The notes under the pieces are model-generated. The model saw nothing but the letters and a program-made list of their open reading frames with translations. It had not been told where the DNA came from and did no database searches. Both the position numbers and the translations under genes were made by a program. Of a stretch of DNA of 64,000 nucleotides, positions 25,750-39,178 are shown in pieces; within the stretch, counting starts at the first letter, position 1, and every line of letters begins with the position of its first letter. The DNA is from Callorhinchus milii. Taxonomy: Eukaryota. The stretch covers positions 6,882,001 through 6,946,000 of the forward strand of contig NW_024704756.1 in assembly GCF_018977255.1 (NCBI RefSeq), given 5' to 3'.

Positions 25750-26175
25750 AATAATAATAATCCTTGCATTTGATATAGTGCCTTAAAATGTCATTCACAT
25801 GATGGACTTTAAAGTCCTGCGATTGTGTATATTTTGTGGGTGAACAGCCAATTTGCACACAGCAATGTCCAATAAACAGCCATAGAGTGAGTCTCCAATT
25901 TTATTTGGGGGATTATTGGCCAGGACACTGGGAGAAACTCCCTTCTCTTCTCGAATAGTACCATGGAAACTGTAATATCCACCTGAACAAACAGCCAGGA
26001 CCTCTGTTTAATGTCTCATCTGAAGGATAGCCCCTCCAACAATGTAGACCTTCCCCTCCTACCCTCCATTACTGCATCAGAGTCTCAGCCTATATGAGTT
26101 TGATATCCCATCATGGGGCTTGCACTCATAACCTTCTGCCTCAGAGGTGAGTGTTGCTACCAAATGAGCCAGATT
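25750..26175 (-). mobile_element. Older Deu-domain-type SINE, near full length
   Basis: Minus-strand head GGCTCATTTGGTAGCAACACTCACCTCTGAG, central CCTTCAGATGAGACATTAAAC and the shared L2-type tail. Resembles DeuSINEs as recalled, not database-checked. Confidence 0.8.
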
Positions 26176-26679
26176 GATGCAGAGTGAAACAGAATTTCTA
26201 TAGGAACAGTTGAAGGATAGATCCAAGTGGCTCACTGTTATTCTATATAAAAGATGATTCAAATTTTATCTGTGAAATTTTAAAGTGATTATTACCTTTT
26301 AATCACTGTAACAGTTATTATCTTGTAAGATTTGTATTGCAGAGTGATGGAGCAGCATATTTAAATTAAAAGCCTAACTGTACTGTATTATCAGCAACAG
26401 AATGGTGTCAGATACAAATTTGAAGCAAAACAATAGATAAAGGTATGGAGGACTAGCAGGGAATTATTAATACAGCAAGTTATCTCCAGTGAAGTAAAGC
26501 TGGATGGGCTGAATGACCTTCTTCTGTGCTGTATATTTTGTATATTTTGATATATATAATAATTGGTATGATGCGATTTTGACTGGAATAGATTAAACGA
26601 GATGAAGCAGGTTGCATTGTGTGTGTTCTGATAATAGTTTGGGGGGATTGGGGTTAAAGCCCTTATAGCAGAAGCTGTT

Positions 26680-27115
26680 AAGGGCTGATTTGATTGAAGT
26701 ATTTTAAATAACTAAATGAATTGACAGTTTAGATATTCGTCATATTTGCCCTGTGGCAGAGGAACCCAATACTGTGGCATAGATGGAGCACACCTTAAAA
26801 TCAGAACCAAACCAGAATGAACTGAAGTCAGGAAGAATTTCTTCACACAGAGGGTTGTGAAGATGTGGAATGCTCTGCCCAAGAAAGCTATAGAGGTTTA
26901 ATCAATAAGGATGTTTAAAGAGAGATGCACAAATACTTGGGTGCCTGAGGTATTAAGGGATATGGTGAAAAAGTGAGCACTGGACTTAAAAGATATATCA
27001 GTTTATTAAACTGCACCAGTTTATTAGGTGCAGTTTATTGCATCTAATAAACTGATGCAACAGGCTTGATGGATTGAATGGCGCCCTCCTGTCCCTTCTT
27101 TCCTATGTTCCTCTG
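26680..27115 (+). mobile_element. CR1 LINE 3' fragment
   Basis: TTCTTCACACAGAGGGTTGTGAAGATGTGGAATGCTCTGCC (FFTQRVVKMWNALP), then a 3' UTR ending GAATGG...TTCCTATGTTCCT. Confidence 0.85.
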
Positions 27116-28253
27116 TTCAATCTATATCATCACATAATTTGAACAGACATGACAATAATGTCACAAGAAAACACATTCTCCACATTTTAGTATACTGCAT
27201 TCTGTAGAATTTGTTTTAAAAAATTTACACGCATGAGCTGTGCAAGGATTAACATATCACGTTATTTGCACATAAAAGTGCAAAATATTTAGCAGAATAA
27301 AAAATCATTTTCTTTAATTTTCTTTTGCCAAAAGTTTCAACTTCAAGAGAATCTAGATTGAAACCAGCTTTCACTCTCAATTTATTTTTAATTTGAAAAA
27401 TATATTCAGTTATCTGGGATTCAGTTAAGTGAAATTGATTGTTGATTTGGTGGTCTTAAAAAATATTGATTGAACCCTTTAAGGTCTTTTCCACATCATC
27501 CAACTAAAAGATAACAGAAATCCTTAACCAACCAGAATTTTAAAGAAGGATTAATAGATAGTCATTGATTTCAAAACATTTTATACATTACTCTTTATAT
27601 TAACAAGCAAGGCTCTTGCTCGTGAGTAGAGGTAGTCACTGGCAGTGTTTTAATTAAGGGTGCATCAATTATAAATTTCCAATTTAAATAACTGCATTTG
27701 GATGTTTGAATAATGTTGAATGATTCACACAATATTTGTCATATTCCCTAACTCCAGTAATATGCTTTAACTAATATACCTACCTTCAAGCTATGCTTCA
27801 GCCTTCTTAGCTCGGATTTCAGCTAGGCTGTGTTGTTAGAATTTTAATAAGTGAAATTTCATGCCTCCACAGAGTTTAAATTATTCATTGGTGGGTCATA
27901 ATCATTATTCTCTCTTTTTTCATAGCAAAAATTCATCACCTGTATTTTGATCTCTGTCTCCTTCTATGCCTACCAATCTGTCTGTTCCTCTCGTTCCCAC
28001 AAATGTAATGGGATTTCTACAACTAAAGTGGTCAATATTAGCAGCAAATAATATTTGGAGATAAATCTGGATCTCAGAAGTTTTGTAGGCCACTTCACTA
28101 CAGCACTTTATTTATGTGTCAACCAGATGCTCTTGTCTGATCCATTGTCCTCAATAATACACAATAGATGCAATTCTTCAACACAATCTCATGTTTAATT
28201 ACAGGTAATGTTTCCAATTTTACAGATATTGTGGATGCACACACCACTTTATT

Positions 28254-29003
28254 AAGCCAGTCTGGAACCTTGGCATCTTGTTTGACACTCAACTGCCCTT
28301 TCTACCCCACATCTGTGCCGTGACCCACTCTGCCTTCCCCCACCTCCGCAACAACACCCAACTCCGCCACTGCCTCACCCCTCAGGCCGCTGAAACCCTC
28401 ATCCATGCATTCATCACATCTAGGCTCAACTATACCAACGCCCTGCTTTTTGGCCTTCTCAACTCTTTCCTCCACAAGCTGCGGATCATCAAGAACTCTG
28501 CCGTTCATGTCATCTCCCGTACCAGACTCCATGACCCTATCACCCCCACCCTCGCCAGGTTCTACTGGCTTCCCATCCCCCAGAGATTAGGGCTGAAAAT
28601 CCTTGCCTTCAAGGCTTTCCACAGCCTTGCTCCTTCTTACCTCTGTGACCTGCTAACCCTATATCAACCTGTCCGATCCCTCCGCTCAGCAGACGATGGC
28701 CTGCTCCACGTCCCCCGCCCGGCCCACCATACCATCAGCAGTCTGGCCTTCAGCCTCTTTACTCCACCTTTTAGAAATCCATCCCACATTCCCTTTGCCT
28801 TGCTCCTTCCCTTGCCTCCTTCAAGGCACATCTCAAAACCCTCCTTTTTGACTGCACCTTTGGCCGGCCTTCTGCCATCACTGCCCTCCACACTCCCTGG
28901 TCCCGATTCCTACTCGGGTCCAAATCCCTGACAGTCCAGCACCTTGAGATGTCCTCCTGAAGTGGAAGGCGCTATACAAATGTAATTTTGTATTGTATTA
29001 TTC
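28254..29003 (+). mobile_element. L2 LINE 3' fragment
   Basis: ORF 28278-28931 contains AETLIHAFITSRLNYTNALL and YWLPIPQR, followed by the L2 3' tail. Confidence 0.93.
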
Positions 29004-29986
29004 TTCAGAAGAAATAAAGCTGTCAAAAAATGTCCATAATGTGCTATGAAGTGGAATGGGATGCAAGGATGGCTGGAAAGTGACCAAGGAATGTGATACT
29101 TGCAGATTCCTATACCAAAGTCAAAATTAAGGCACATTGTTGGGTTAGTTCAAGTCAAGTGTACGGAGGAGGTGTTACCCCATTTTATTCCAGACCTGAG
29201 AATGTTTAATAATAACTTTTGCTTTTGCTATAGAACCTGTGTGGATAGGTGGATATTTAAGCACTCTGAGATGCTGTTGCGCGTGAAGGGGGCTATATAA
29301 ATGCAAGCTGTTGTTATTACGTATCAAAGTACAATTTCCCTAAAGTTCAGTCACTCCTGTATTTGTAGGCGAACGTGGAAACCAAGTTTCACACAGCAAT
29401 ATTCCCACAAACAGCCATGTGGAAACGCATACTAATTTTTAAATATTAGCATGCTGCATTTAAGTCCCGTAACTATAAAAAAAAGTCATTAATAAATGTT
29501 CTCATTTTACTGCAATGTTTTTAATATAGGTCAGTAGACACAGTACCATTCTGATAGATTAGATTGATATCCAAGGCAAGTGACCTGCTTTGTGTACCCA
29601 AATTGTGTCCTAATGATATCTGTGTAATAGATGTTCACCAGGAAAGCACTTCAGAACTTTAACCCCATTCTCCTCATGTTCATTGTTTTTGTATTGATTT
29701 GTTACATAGTGGAGACATTTCTGTATTGTGCTGCTAAGTAGGACGAATAACAGTATAATATGATATGATGGTGTATTGATTTTAAAACCACGGAAAAATT
29801 TTATTGCAAAATGCTTCCATGGTTACAGACAATTTCCTCATATTATAACTGGAAGGATTTTAGCTCTTGTCAGTAACTAACATTTTATTTTAATACTATT
29901 ATGGAACAAGCCCAATTGAATTCTAATGCACAGGGGGATATTCCTTGTAATGTGTTATTAAAGGCAATTGTTAAAGAAGGATTTCT

Positions 29987-30299
29987 GGATTCCTGTAGCT
30001 CAGTGATTAGAGCACTCGCCTTGCAAGTGAGAGATCTGGGTTTGATTCCTGGCAGGGTGAAACTTTGGGCAAGTTTCCTTACTCCACATGCCTCATAATA
30101 ATCCCTCAAGAAACAAAAATATTATTTGATCACTCAATCCACAACTGTTTGTGGGACACTGCTGTGTGCAATTGGCTGCTGTGTTTCGCCCACAAATATA
30201 CAGTCAATTCACTTTACAGTATATTCTGTGAAGCGCTTTGAGACGTCTAGAAGACGTGAAAAGCTCTATATCAAATGCAAGGATTATTAATATTATTAT
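29987..30299 (+). mobile_element. tRNA-derived SINE, short form
   Basis: Collinear with 44496-44817. Confidence 0.9.
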
Positions 30300-30548
30300 C
30301 TCAAAGCGCTTCACAGATCATACTGTATATTTTGAGGGTGAAAAGCAGCAGCCAATTGCGCCAAGCAGTGTCCCACAAACAGTCGTGCGTCGAATGACCA
30401 AATTATTATTGTTATTATTAATTTGAAGGAATTATTACCCCCGGAATAGTGACCCACCCAATCGACTTACAACCAGGTTCCTAACTTACTGCTAGGTAAA
30501 CAGAGGTGTGTGGGGTAAGGAAACTTGCCCAACATTTTGCCTTACCCT
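30300..30548 (-). mobile_element. tRNA-derived SINE, long form, truncated; tail-to-tail with the previous copy
   Basis: Reverse complement of the long-form body, including CCTCTGTTTACCTAGCAGTAAG. Confidence 0.87.
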
Positions 30549-31447
30549 AGAACTACTTTAATTTTAACAAAGAAATACTATGGTTAAATAACAAGTCTAC
30601 AGTTAATTACGAAATATACTCTTAATTAGAGTAGATACATTAGTTTTACCTTCACTGTTGACTAAACGTTATCAGGATTTGAAAAAATTCCACTTATTTT
30701 CTACTGTTGCTTGAAACTCATGCTCAGTACGCTTCAATAGCTTCCTGACGTTCGATAAAGAAAGCAGTGACATATGGCATGATAATACTTGATACCAAAA
30801 AGCTTTAAAGGTTTTACAGTTTACTTTTATATATTCCAACCAGTTCTTTAAAGATTCTACTCATCCTGTCGGCCACCTTTGGGTATTTACCCACACAGAA
30901 CATCAATGCAGATGTGATTCTCATTGTACTAGGGACAAATGGTTGAGATATAAAATAATAGATATACAGTGTATTGCTTTGAATTGCTGTGATATGATGT
31001 GTAAATGTATTAGAATGTCCTCAGCAGCACAGTGAGTTATTGAGATGAATACAATCCAGTGCAACTGAAATCTGTTTATAGGTACTGCAGAGCTGTTTGA
31101 CATCATGGTCATTTCCTAACGGGAGGAAAGAAGGCTTACATTCCCAATGTCAGAGCAGGCTTGAATATAGATCGTGTGGCCAAAGCAATCCCACTTCCAT
31201 TTAAAGAGCTTTTACAAAACCTTGGCAGCTTGTGACTGCAGAGTAGAGTCAATAATGGAGCAGAGAATTTTGATATGTAGCAGTTCAAGGTTAAAAGATA
31301 CTTTTCTCTGTGGGAGAATTGAATAGTTGAGCTTTGCATTACTTTTGTAAGGAAAATATTTTTGTTTAAATGCATTTAAATGGATCCTATTATTCAGAAG
31401 AGTTTTTATCGTTTGGCATTGGTTTCCTCACCTTCTATCAGAGGTGT

Positions 31448-31628
31448 AATGAATAGTCAGGTGTGTGCAGTACTGGATTTATGAATAATGAGATGTCTGT
31501 GCATTACTGACTCGATGAATAATAAAGCATGTATGTATTACCGGATTAATGAGTAATAAACTATGTCTGCATTATTGGATGAATGAATAATATGCTTTAC
31601 ATTACTGGCATAATGCAATGCTTTACAT
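31448..31628. repeat. Degenerate minisatellite, about 34-bp unit, about 5 copies
   Basis: Recurring ATGAATAAT...ATGTCTGCATTACTGGAT. Confidence 0.8.
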
Positions 31629-33189
31629 CATATTCAAACTAATCCTAAACTGCATTATTAGGTATTAATAGTTTGCCAAACATTAAGTTTCTGAAAAGTT
31701 CAGAACAGTCTTTATGATTAACATTGTAAGGTCAACCATGAAAATATTAACTACGATTATAAACGGACAGATAATAATTCGCAAAATAACTCAATTCCAG
31801 TAAGAACAAAACTGATTACCCCTTAAACATGTGAATAACCTCACTCTGAATCCATGACTAGAAAGTAATAACTTGCAGCTTTACAGCTCCTTATCATTTC
31901 AAAATACCTTTACAGTAATCACCTTCAAGTGGGGTGTCTATTTTTTAAGCAAATGCAGCAGACAGTTTTTCACCAGCAAGGTCTCACAATCAGTGTTGAG
32001 ATGAATGATTAATTTATCTGGAGGATTGTTGGCGGCGGAGGGCGAAGGGTGGGGGGAGGGATCATTGAACCCCTCCCTCTTTATCTGGGTAGAGTTCCAG
32101 GGATATAAGGAACAAGCAAGAAGTTGAAAATTTACAGAACTTACTGATGTGGCAAAGTTGAATATACTACACTTGATCTGAACAATGGCATCAGTGCCTC
32201 TAGATTTACAATAGATATTTGTTGCGCACAGTTGCAATGCAACATCTTTGGGATAAATGGAACTGGTTGTTTCTTGGAGTTGAGGTTTCTAATTGAGAAG
32301 GTGAGATGGTCTGAATGCAATTAATGGTATCAGTGCCAGTAAGTGAATAGTGGAAAATAAAAAAACGTTGTTGGTAAGAGAACTTTGACTTCACTTTTAC
32401 ATTTTAATTGGCCCCTTTAAGAAATGGTTTGTGGTGTTAAGTAATTGGTGTTATTCTCTTTCCATGTCCTACCAGGTTACACTTCAAAATCATATCAAAA
32501 ATCAATGACCCGTGAAGATATTTCTACACCAAGCCTCTCAGTGTCAGAAAACAATTGCTTTGCCTGGAGCCCACAAATAAAATATACCTCAATTTTTCCT
32601 CAAGTTTTCATTTCTTAATAAGTTGTCAATAATAACAATGTTCATGAGACGTCTCAATAACGTGATAAGGCACTGTATCAATTGCAAGGATTATTATTAT
32701 TATATAAAAATAATTAATTGGTCATTTGATTGTCAGATGTCCTGGCTTTCCAGCTGATATCGTTCCCATTGTAGTTATTTGGTCGCAGTTGGAAACCTAG
32801 CTTTCCTTTATATGCAATTTGAATCAATCTTTCACAATCAGTAGCTTAATGCCCATCAATATCCGGTGGGATAAGTCCAGAAGAAGTACGTTTTCCATAT
32901 TTCTAAGGCTAATGTAGAAAGTTGCTAGACCATGTGTTGTTAACGGTATTATTGCACTCAAAGTATAATCTGATCCAAAAGATATAAAGCACTAATCTGC
33001 ACAACAACCCTGGGTTACTTTCTTAATGTCCCTGTTTTTATGGCTCAATAAGAATGAATATTATAAAACAGAAAACCATTCAGTATGGGATATATGGTAA
33101 GGTTGATTAATATTTTACAGTTACGTTGTATCTATTTTTCTTTTTATCTTTTTCTCTCCGATCCTTTTATCTCTCTAACATATATTGCT

Positions 33190-33576
33190 ATGGGTTCAAG
33201 CCCCTAGTTGGGACTTTAAACTCACATAGACCAGGTTGACTCTCCAGTGTAGTGCTGAGAATGCGCTGCATTGTTGGAGGTGCCGTCCTTCAGATACAAC
33301 ATTAAACCTAGATTGGATTTACCTGTTAGGTGGATGTTAAAGATTCCTCGGCACTATTCAAAAAAGTGAAGGAAGTTTCTACCAATATCCCGGCCAACAA
33401 TCTGCCAGGTAAAACTGGTCGTACACTTCATGGCTGTTTATGCGACCTTACTGTATGCAAATTGGCTACCATGTTCACCTGCATAGTCATCACACTTACA
33501 ATATATCCTGTGAAGCATTTTGAAATGTCCTCCCAATGTGAAAGGCACAATATCAGTAGCAAGGATTATTATTATG
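33190..33576 (+). mobile_element. Older Deu-type SINE
   Basis: GCATTGTTGGAGGTGCCGTCCTTCAGAT...GGTGGATGTTAAAGATTCC...GCAAGGATTATTATT. Confidence 0.82.
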
Positions 33577-33914
33577 ATTCACGTAGACTCATCACACGAC
33601 CAACAGAAGATATATTTTGCATTTCATCTCGTAGATAAAGACCAGCACTTTTATATATCACTTGTATTTGTCCAATTTATCAAGCTGCAGGCACTCAGCT
33701 TACATGATGAAATAATGCATCACATTTCTGCAGTTTTATTCACAAATGAATTACTTTGCATAACAAAATATATCTTTAAACCTTTGTAGGCTCCTTTGCA
33801 TTTTCTGTTATCTTTGAATATATGCAGAAAGATAATTTTCATGTTTTGCCATCTTTAGGTGCAAAATCCCATGGCATTTTCGAAAAGAGGAAATAGTTTC
33901 TCTTGGTCTCCTGG

Positions 33915-34085
33915 CCATTAAATTGGTCATTAAACTGCTTTTTTTGTGGGACAATGCTCTGAGGAAATTGTCTGCTATGTTCACATACAAATACGAATGT
34001 AATACACTAAACAATAATTTAACAAAAGGCTTTGAGATGTTTTGTCAGGAAAAGGCACTCTATCAAATGCAAAGTTTATTGTTAG
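33915..34085 (+). mobile_element. SINE 3' part
   Basis: TTTGTGGGACAATGCT...CTATCAAATGCAAAG. Confidence 0.7.
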
Positions 34086-34470
34086 GTCTATTATATACAG
34101 ATGAGAATTTCAACTGAACCTATTTCTATTCAGTATCTTTCATCTGTACTCTGAACTGCAAATTCAATGACTTGCCATTGAGCATTTGCTGTATAATATA
34201 TTCCATTTGGCTGATTAATGCTGTATTGCAAAAATCTAGCCTTCTCCAATGATCCATGGCTAGTCTATTAAAATATCTTATGTGTAACAGCATAAAAAGT
34301 TATCGTCGAAAATTCATAACTTTGCAGAATTTTTTGATTCAGCTTAGAAGTTTGACAACAGTAAGGATACTTTTTTTGAATAGCCACAATTATGAAAATG
34401 TTTCCCTTTTTGAATAGGGGAGTTTAGTCCACCAGTGATTCCAGACAAATGTACGGAAGGTTTTAATATC

Positions 34471-34729
34471 AACAACAACAAGATTACATTTGTATAGCAC
34501 CTTTCATGTCGGGAGGAAATCCCAAGGCGCTGGACAGACCCGAGCTGGGGTCGGGGGGGGGAAGGGAGGGGAGGGGAAGGGGGGTGGGCTGATGGCATGG
34601 TCGAAGAGGAGGGTCTTGAGACGGGACTTGAAGGAGGCTAAGGAGGGGGTGAGGCGGAGTGTCTGGTGGATGGAATTCCAGAGGATGGGGGCAGAGTGGC
34701 TGAAGGCTCTCCCGCCAATGATGGGACAT
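34471..34729 (-). mobile_element. L2 LINE 3' fragment
   Basis: IGGRAFSHSAPILWNS...SFKSRLKTLLF plus the L2 tail. Confidence 0.92.
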
Positions 34730-35474
34730 CCATTGATAGGCACAAAAATTCAGCAGCTGGAACCACTAATGTTCTCTGTACTAATTTTCTTGTTAAAGAG
34801 TCAGTCAATCTTATCTTTTCAGAGGTAACTGGAATGTATACACCCATGTAAATTGTAAGCTGTCGGCATATACTGTTTAAAATGTGTGATAATAAGTGTT
34901 GTTATGAAAGCTGTACAGCTGATATAAACAAATAAATTGCTTTCTCCATCCCACAGAATCAAAAGAGTTAAAAAGATCATGTTCATTTACTTCTCTGAAC
35001 TAGACCATTTCAACCAAAGTGGAACTCAATATCATTTAATGTGCCTTTTTAAAACGTAACTTTCTGTCTGATATACTTGAAAGCTACTAAACCATATTTA
35101 AATTTGTAAAGAAACACAGTATCTTAATTCCATGATTGGCAATTTGCTATTCAGGCTAGCAATAATTTTGAGTTACTAATTCTGAGGAGTGACTGACAAA
35201 TTCCTGTAATACAATTATTCCTGGCTTTGCTGTCGTGCAGCAAATATTTCCATGTTTATTTTCACGCTTTTCTCAGATGTGCATGACTTCAACTCAATGC
35301 TTCCAAAGCCACCTCCGCAGAGCTGACACAGCCATAACATGATAAACATAAATATCACATTGTCATTGAACATTTTGTGTTAGGAACAGCGACTGATTAA
35401 ACAAAACAGAACGTAAGCCAAATTGATCTCCTCCCAGAATATCCATCACAGCGTCGCACTTTTTTTTCTCAAGA

Positions 35475-35760
35475 TCACAAGACTGCCTTGCATGAACAAG
35501 GCCCTTCAGCCTATTTGATCTCATCCCTCCAGCATTCCTGACCTATCATCAAACTATTTTTTCAATGAATCCAGTTTCCAACCCTCAAGCATTCTTTTCT
35601 ATAAACTGTTCCAGTTGTTTATCATGCTCATGGTTAAAAAAACTTTCAGATTTTAGTCCTAAAATTGCTCTTTGCATCCTATGATAAGGCCTGCTCTCTC
35701 CTCATATTCTTTCATAATCCTTTCTTTCACAATCATCTACCTAATTTCCTCTTAAAAGTA
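35475..35760 (-). mobile_element. CR1 3' fragments
   Basis: AAGGCCCTTCAGCCTATTTGATCTCATCC, also seen at 13885-13915, followed by degenerate CR1 3' ORF sequence. Confidence 0.55.
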
Positions 35761-38700
35761 TTTGTGGACTCTGTCTCAACAACAATTGCTATAGAGAACC
35801 TGCAAACATTTCAGCTTCCATTTGTTTCTGAGGGCAGGAATATGCCCTTTGCCCGTTTCAAGCATTTCATCAGGAGTTCCTGAGATATTGAAACATGGTC
35901 TGCTCAAAAATACCAGTTACTTTTCACACCATCAGAACATTCATTTCCCCAAAATATTGTTGAGTTGATCAGAGAAGACGGACACATACTTCATGCATTT
36001 TCAGTCAGGCTGTTCTTACTTTTAAATAGGGTGATTTTTAATTACTTTGCAAAACTGAACCCCTCTTCTGTAAACTGTATTGGAATAGATTCCAGTATCT
36101 TTTGAACAATTACAGTCAGAAAATGTCTTGAAGGGACAGATAGTGAGAAGCTACTATTTATAACAGAAAAGTCATTCAGGTCTGACCAATATCTTACAAC
36201 ACGGAAACTCCCACGGTTATGTTGGAACATGATTCTGGCTAGAGCTGTTACAGGTTAAGTATTAGAGCCCTTGCACTACTGATTAAGCTTGAAGAGATTC
36301 ATTAATGCTCTTTTCAGACAGTATGTCATTTCTGAACATTAAAAAAGCTTGAATGTGTAATATTGTTAAAACTGTAATGACATATGAATGAATTGATGGA
36401 TTTCTTTTAGTACCAAGTCTGAATAATTTTTGATTCTCTATACGGCTATGACAATCAAGTCTTATTAATTCACATACTATTAATTTGATGGAGCTTTGCA
36501 ATGGGCCTTGTTTACTTCTTGTAATGCCATATGTATGTAAAATTATCAGTAAGCCATTTATGTGTCTTTGATGCAGGTTTTCAGCCAAATAACTAATCTT
36601 GCTCCTTTCAGTATATTTCAACAATGCACTTTTTGTTTGCTTGACATAACCTACATGAGTCTAATGAATTCAGAGGCAATTTATATGATGGCTTTCAAAA
36701 TGCACCAGAGCAATGATAAAGTGTGTAAGTACAATAAAAATGAAATGAGATAATTTTGAAGAGACAATGATGCGTTTCAGAATTGTATCAAAGAACCAAG
36801 AAAAACCCAACTCATTTCAAAGGAAGCATATTTACCACAACTGATTTATACTTCAGCGGCAGCTGTTGTCAGTGTGGTATAAGACTTTAATTATAATGCC
36901 ACGTTTAACTGTAGCATTAGCGCTCATAGTTACAAATAGTGGAGTATAATTTGTGATGTTTCTTAACAAGTTCCTTTATAATTAATCCGTAGAAACTGTG
37001 CTGAGAATAGGGTAGTGCCCTGCAGAAGGGTGTGACATACTTCTAGTTATCAGAAGATGTTCCCACTAGCTCAGCCCTGATTCCTTATTAAGAAATCCCA
37101 TGAAGAAATCTTGCAACTTAGTCTGAAATAATATCCCACAGCCCAAGGGCAAAGATTCACCTGTACAGATAAAAATATCCCGTATTCTGATGGATGCTGG
37201 ATTAAAAACTTTAGAAAAGTTGGTTGTAGTTCAGTCAAGACATCCATTTTAAGACTCTAAAATGGAACCTATTATAAATAATGTCATTATGTACTCTCAG
37301 TTCACAATGGACTATCTATCATGGAGACAATGTAAAAAGTAATGCATCTCTTCTGCAGATAAAAAAAACAATTATTACAGTACTGTCCTCAATGCTATAG
37401 CATACATGCAAGATACTAAATTCCCAGAAAATGCTAGCTTTTACCTTAATTAGCAAAATGTGTCTGATCTTAGCCATTTCATAGACATTAGTTGCCAAGC
37501 AACATGCCAATTTGCTATCTGTACAATTTGTACAATTAGGTAATGAATATTATAATGAAGGCTGAAGTTTTGCTCAATAAATACTTGCAATGTAACATCT
37601 AGGCAGGAGATACATTAACAGTAACAACAACAAACTTGCACTTATTTAATGCCGCATTCACATAGAAAGAAATCTTAATGTGTAAACTTATATATCTTTG
37701 TATGAGATGGGGCTCCGAAAGAAACAGATACTGCGTACTTCTTCAGCTCCTACTTATTTCTGTTGGACAAATACTTACAGTTGTCCATATGCCTTACCTA
37801 TAAGTTACCTCCTTCACTTTGTGCTCAGATCGAGGCAAGCATAAAAATGGTGTCACATTGTGCACACAATATGCATAGACCCAAATTTGCAATTAGATGC
37901 ATAGGTGTGACCAATTATGACATATATGGAACACTGCAGAATTAACTAAATGTGTGCATGGAGACAGCCCAAGGTGAACAGTCGCTAATGCTCAGGTAAA
38001 CAACAATTGTTCATTTCCCCAAGGAATATTTCCATGAAATTCTGAAATGCTTTGTTGCAAAAATAGGGGGTGGGAACCGCAAGCTTGTCAATTTAGATTT
38101 GGGTAGATGGATCTCTGGTGATCAGAGATAACACCACAATGTTATGGTGATAAGACTGGATTTGGTGCGTTTGCTGGAAATTCTTGTCTACTTTGCATTA
38201 ATGGCTGGTGCTCTTGCTTCCTGCCAAGTGATTGCTAATTTGCTTCCTTGTGAATAGGAGGAATGGTGGAAAGAATGCTCACTTGCAATTTTCAATGATA
38301 AATCTAAGCATTATCTATCTTCAGCATTTATTCTCCAAGCCTAATATGGCCTTAATAATAAAGTAGCACTTCAAAAGTGCTCCCAGAAGCATATTATGTT
38401 CAACAGCAAGAAGAGTAAAGAGCAATGACAAATCTAGGATAAGGAATTAAATGAGGTACAAGTTTTAATATATCCATGAATTATTTGGCTCTATGTGAAA
38501 GGCAGACAGCTCCTAAATTGATTATGTTTAGAATTGCAAAGTGAATAAAAATCTCAACGTAATTTTTACTGGGTTGGTAGCTGAATACGTTAACAGGCAA
38601 TCACCAGTACCATTGGTATCTTCAAGATATCCTTTGTTGACTAACCAAGCATTAGTAAGTGGCCCTTGTCTACATAAATGCAGCAAATAAGTCAGACAGT

Positions 38701-39178
38701 ACGGTTAGTAAAAAGGCAAATTGCATCCAAATTGGAAGTTAAATCATTGCATATCTTGTAGTAAACTCACAGCCATAACAGAGAAGAATAAAATAACTTT
38801 TTTTCAAATAATTCCAAGCCAAGAGTTAGAAAAATTATTTGTTCGCTCGCAGACAAACTAAAAAAAAATCCAAAATGATTTTAATCTGGTTGACAGCACA
38901 TCAAAAGAGTTCTCTGCTTCTTAACAACTTGGCAATGTTAGCAATATGCTGCAGTCAGAGGGGTCCGAGGTGAGGAGTTATAAAGCGTGAGAGGACTTGT
39001 GTGAGTTCCACAAGTATGGATACAGGTTCCTGTGCCCAATGATGGCTTCATTTTATATTGAAACATTATCCACAAGCTCACTTACCTCTTCTTCTATACT
39101 TTGTGACTTGCCAGGTACTGATTCTTTTATATGACCATATGCCCATCTTAGCGTAAAATTCTATGTTGCAAATTATAA

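Noticed and set aside
31139-31236. Minus-strand AG...GTAAGC bounded 96-nt exon candidate
   Set aside because: The peptide is unrecognised, and such splice pairs are expected by chance in 64 kb.
31448-31628. CRISPR-like array
   Set aside because: The units are contiguous degenerate tandem repeats with no unique spacers, in a eukaryotic context with no cas genes.
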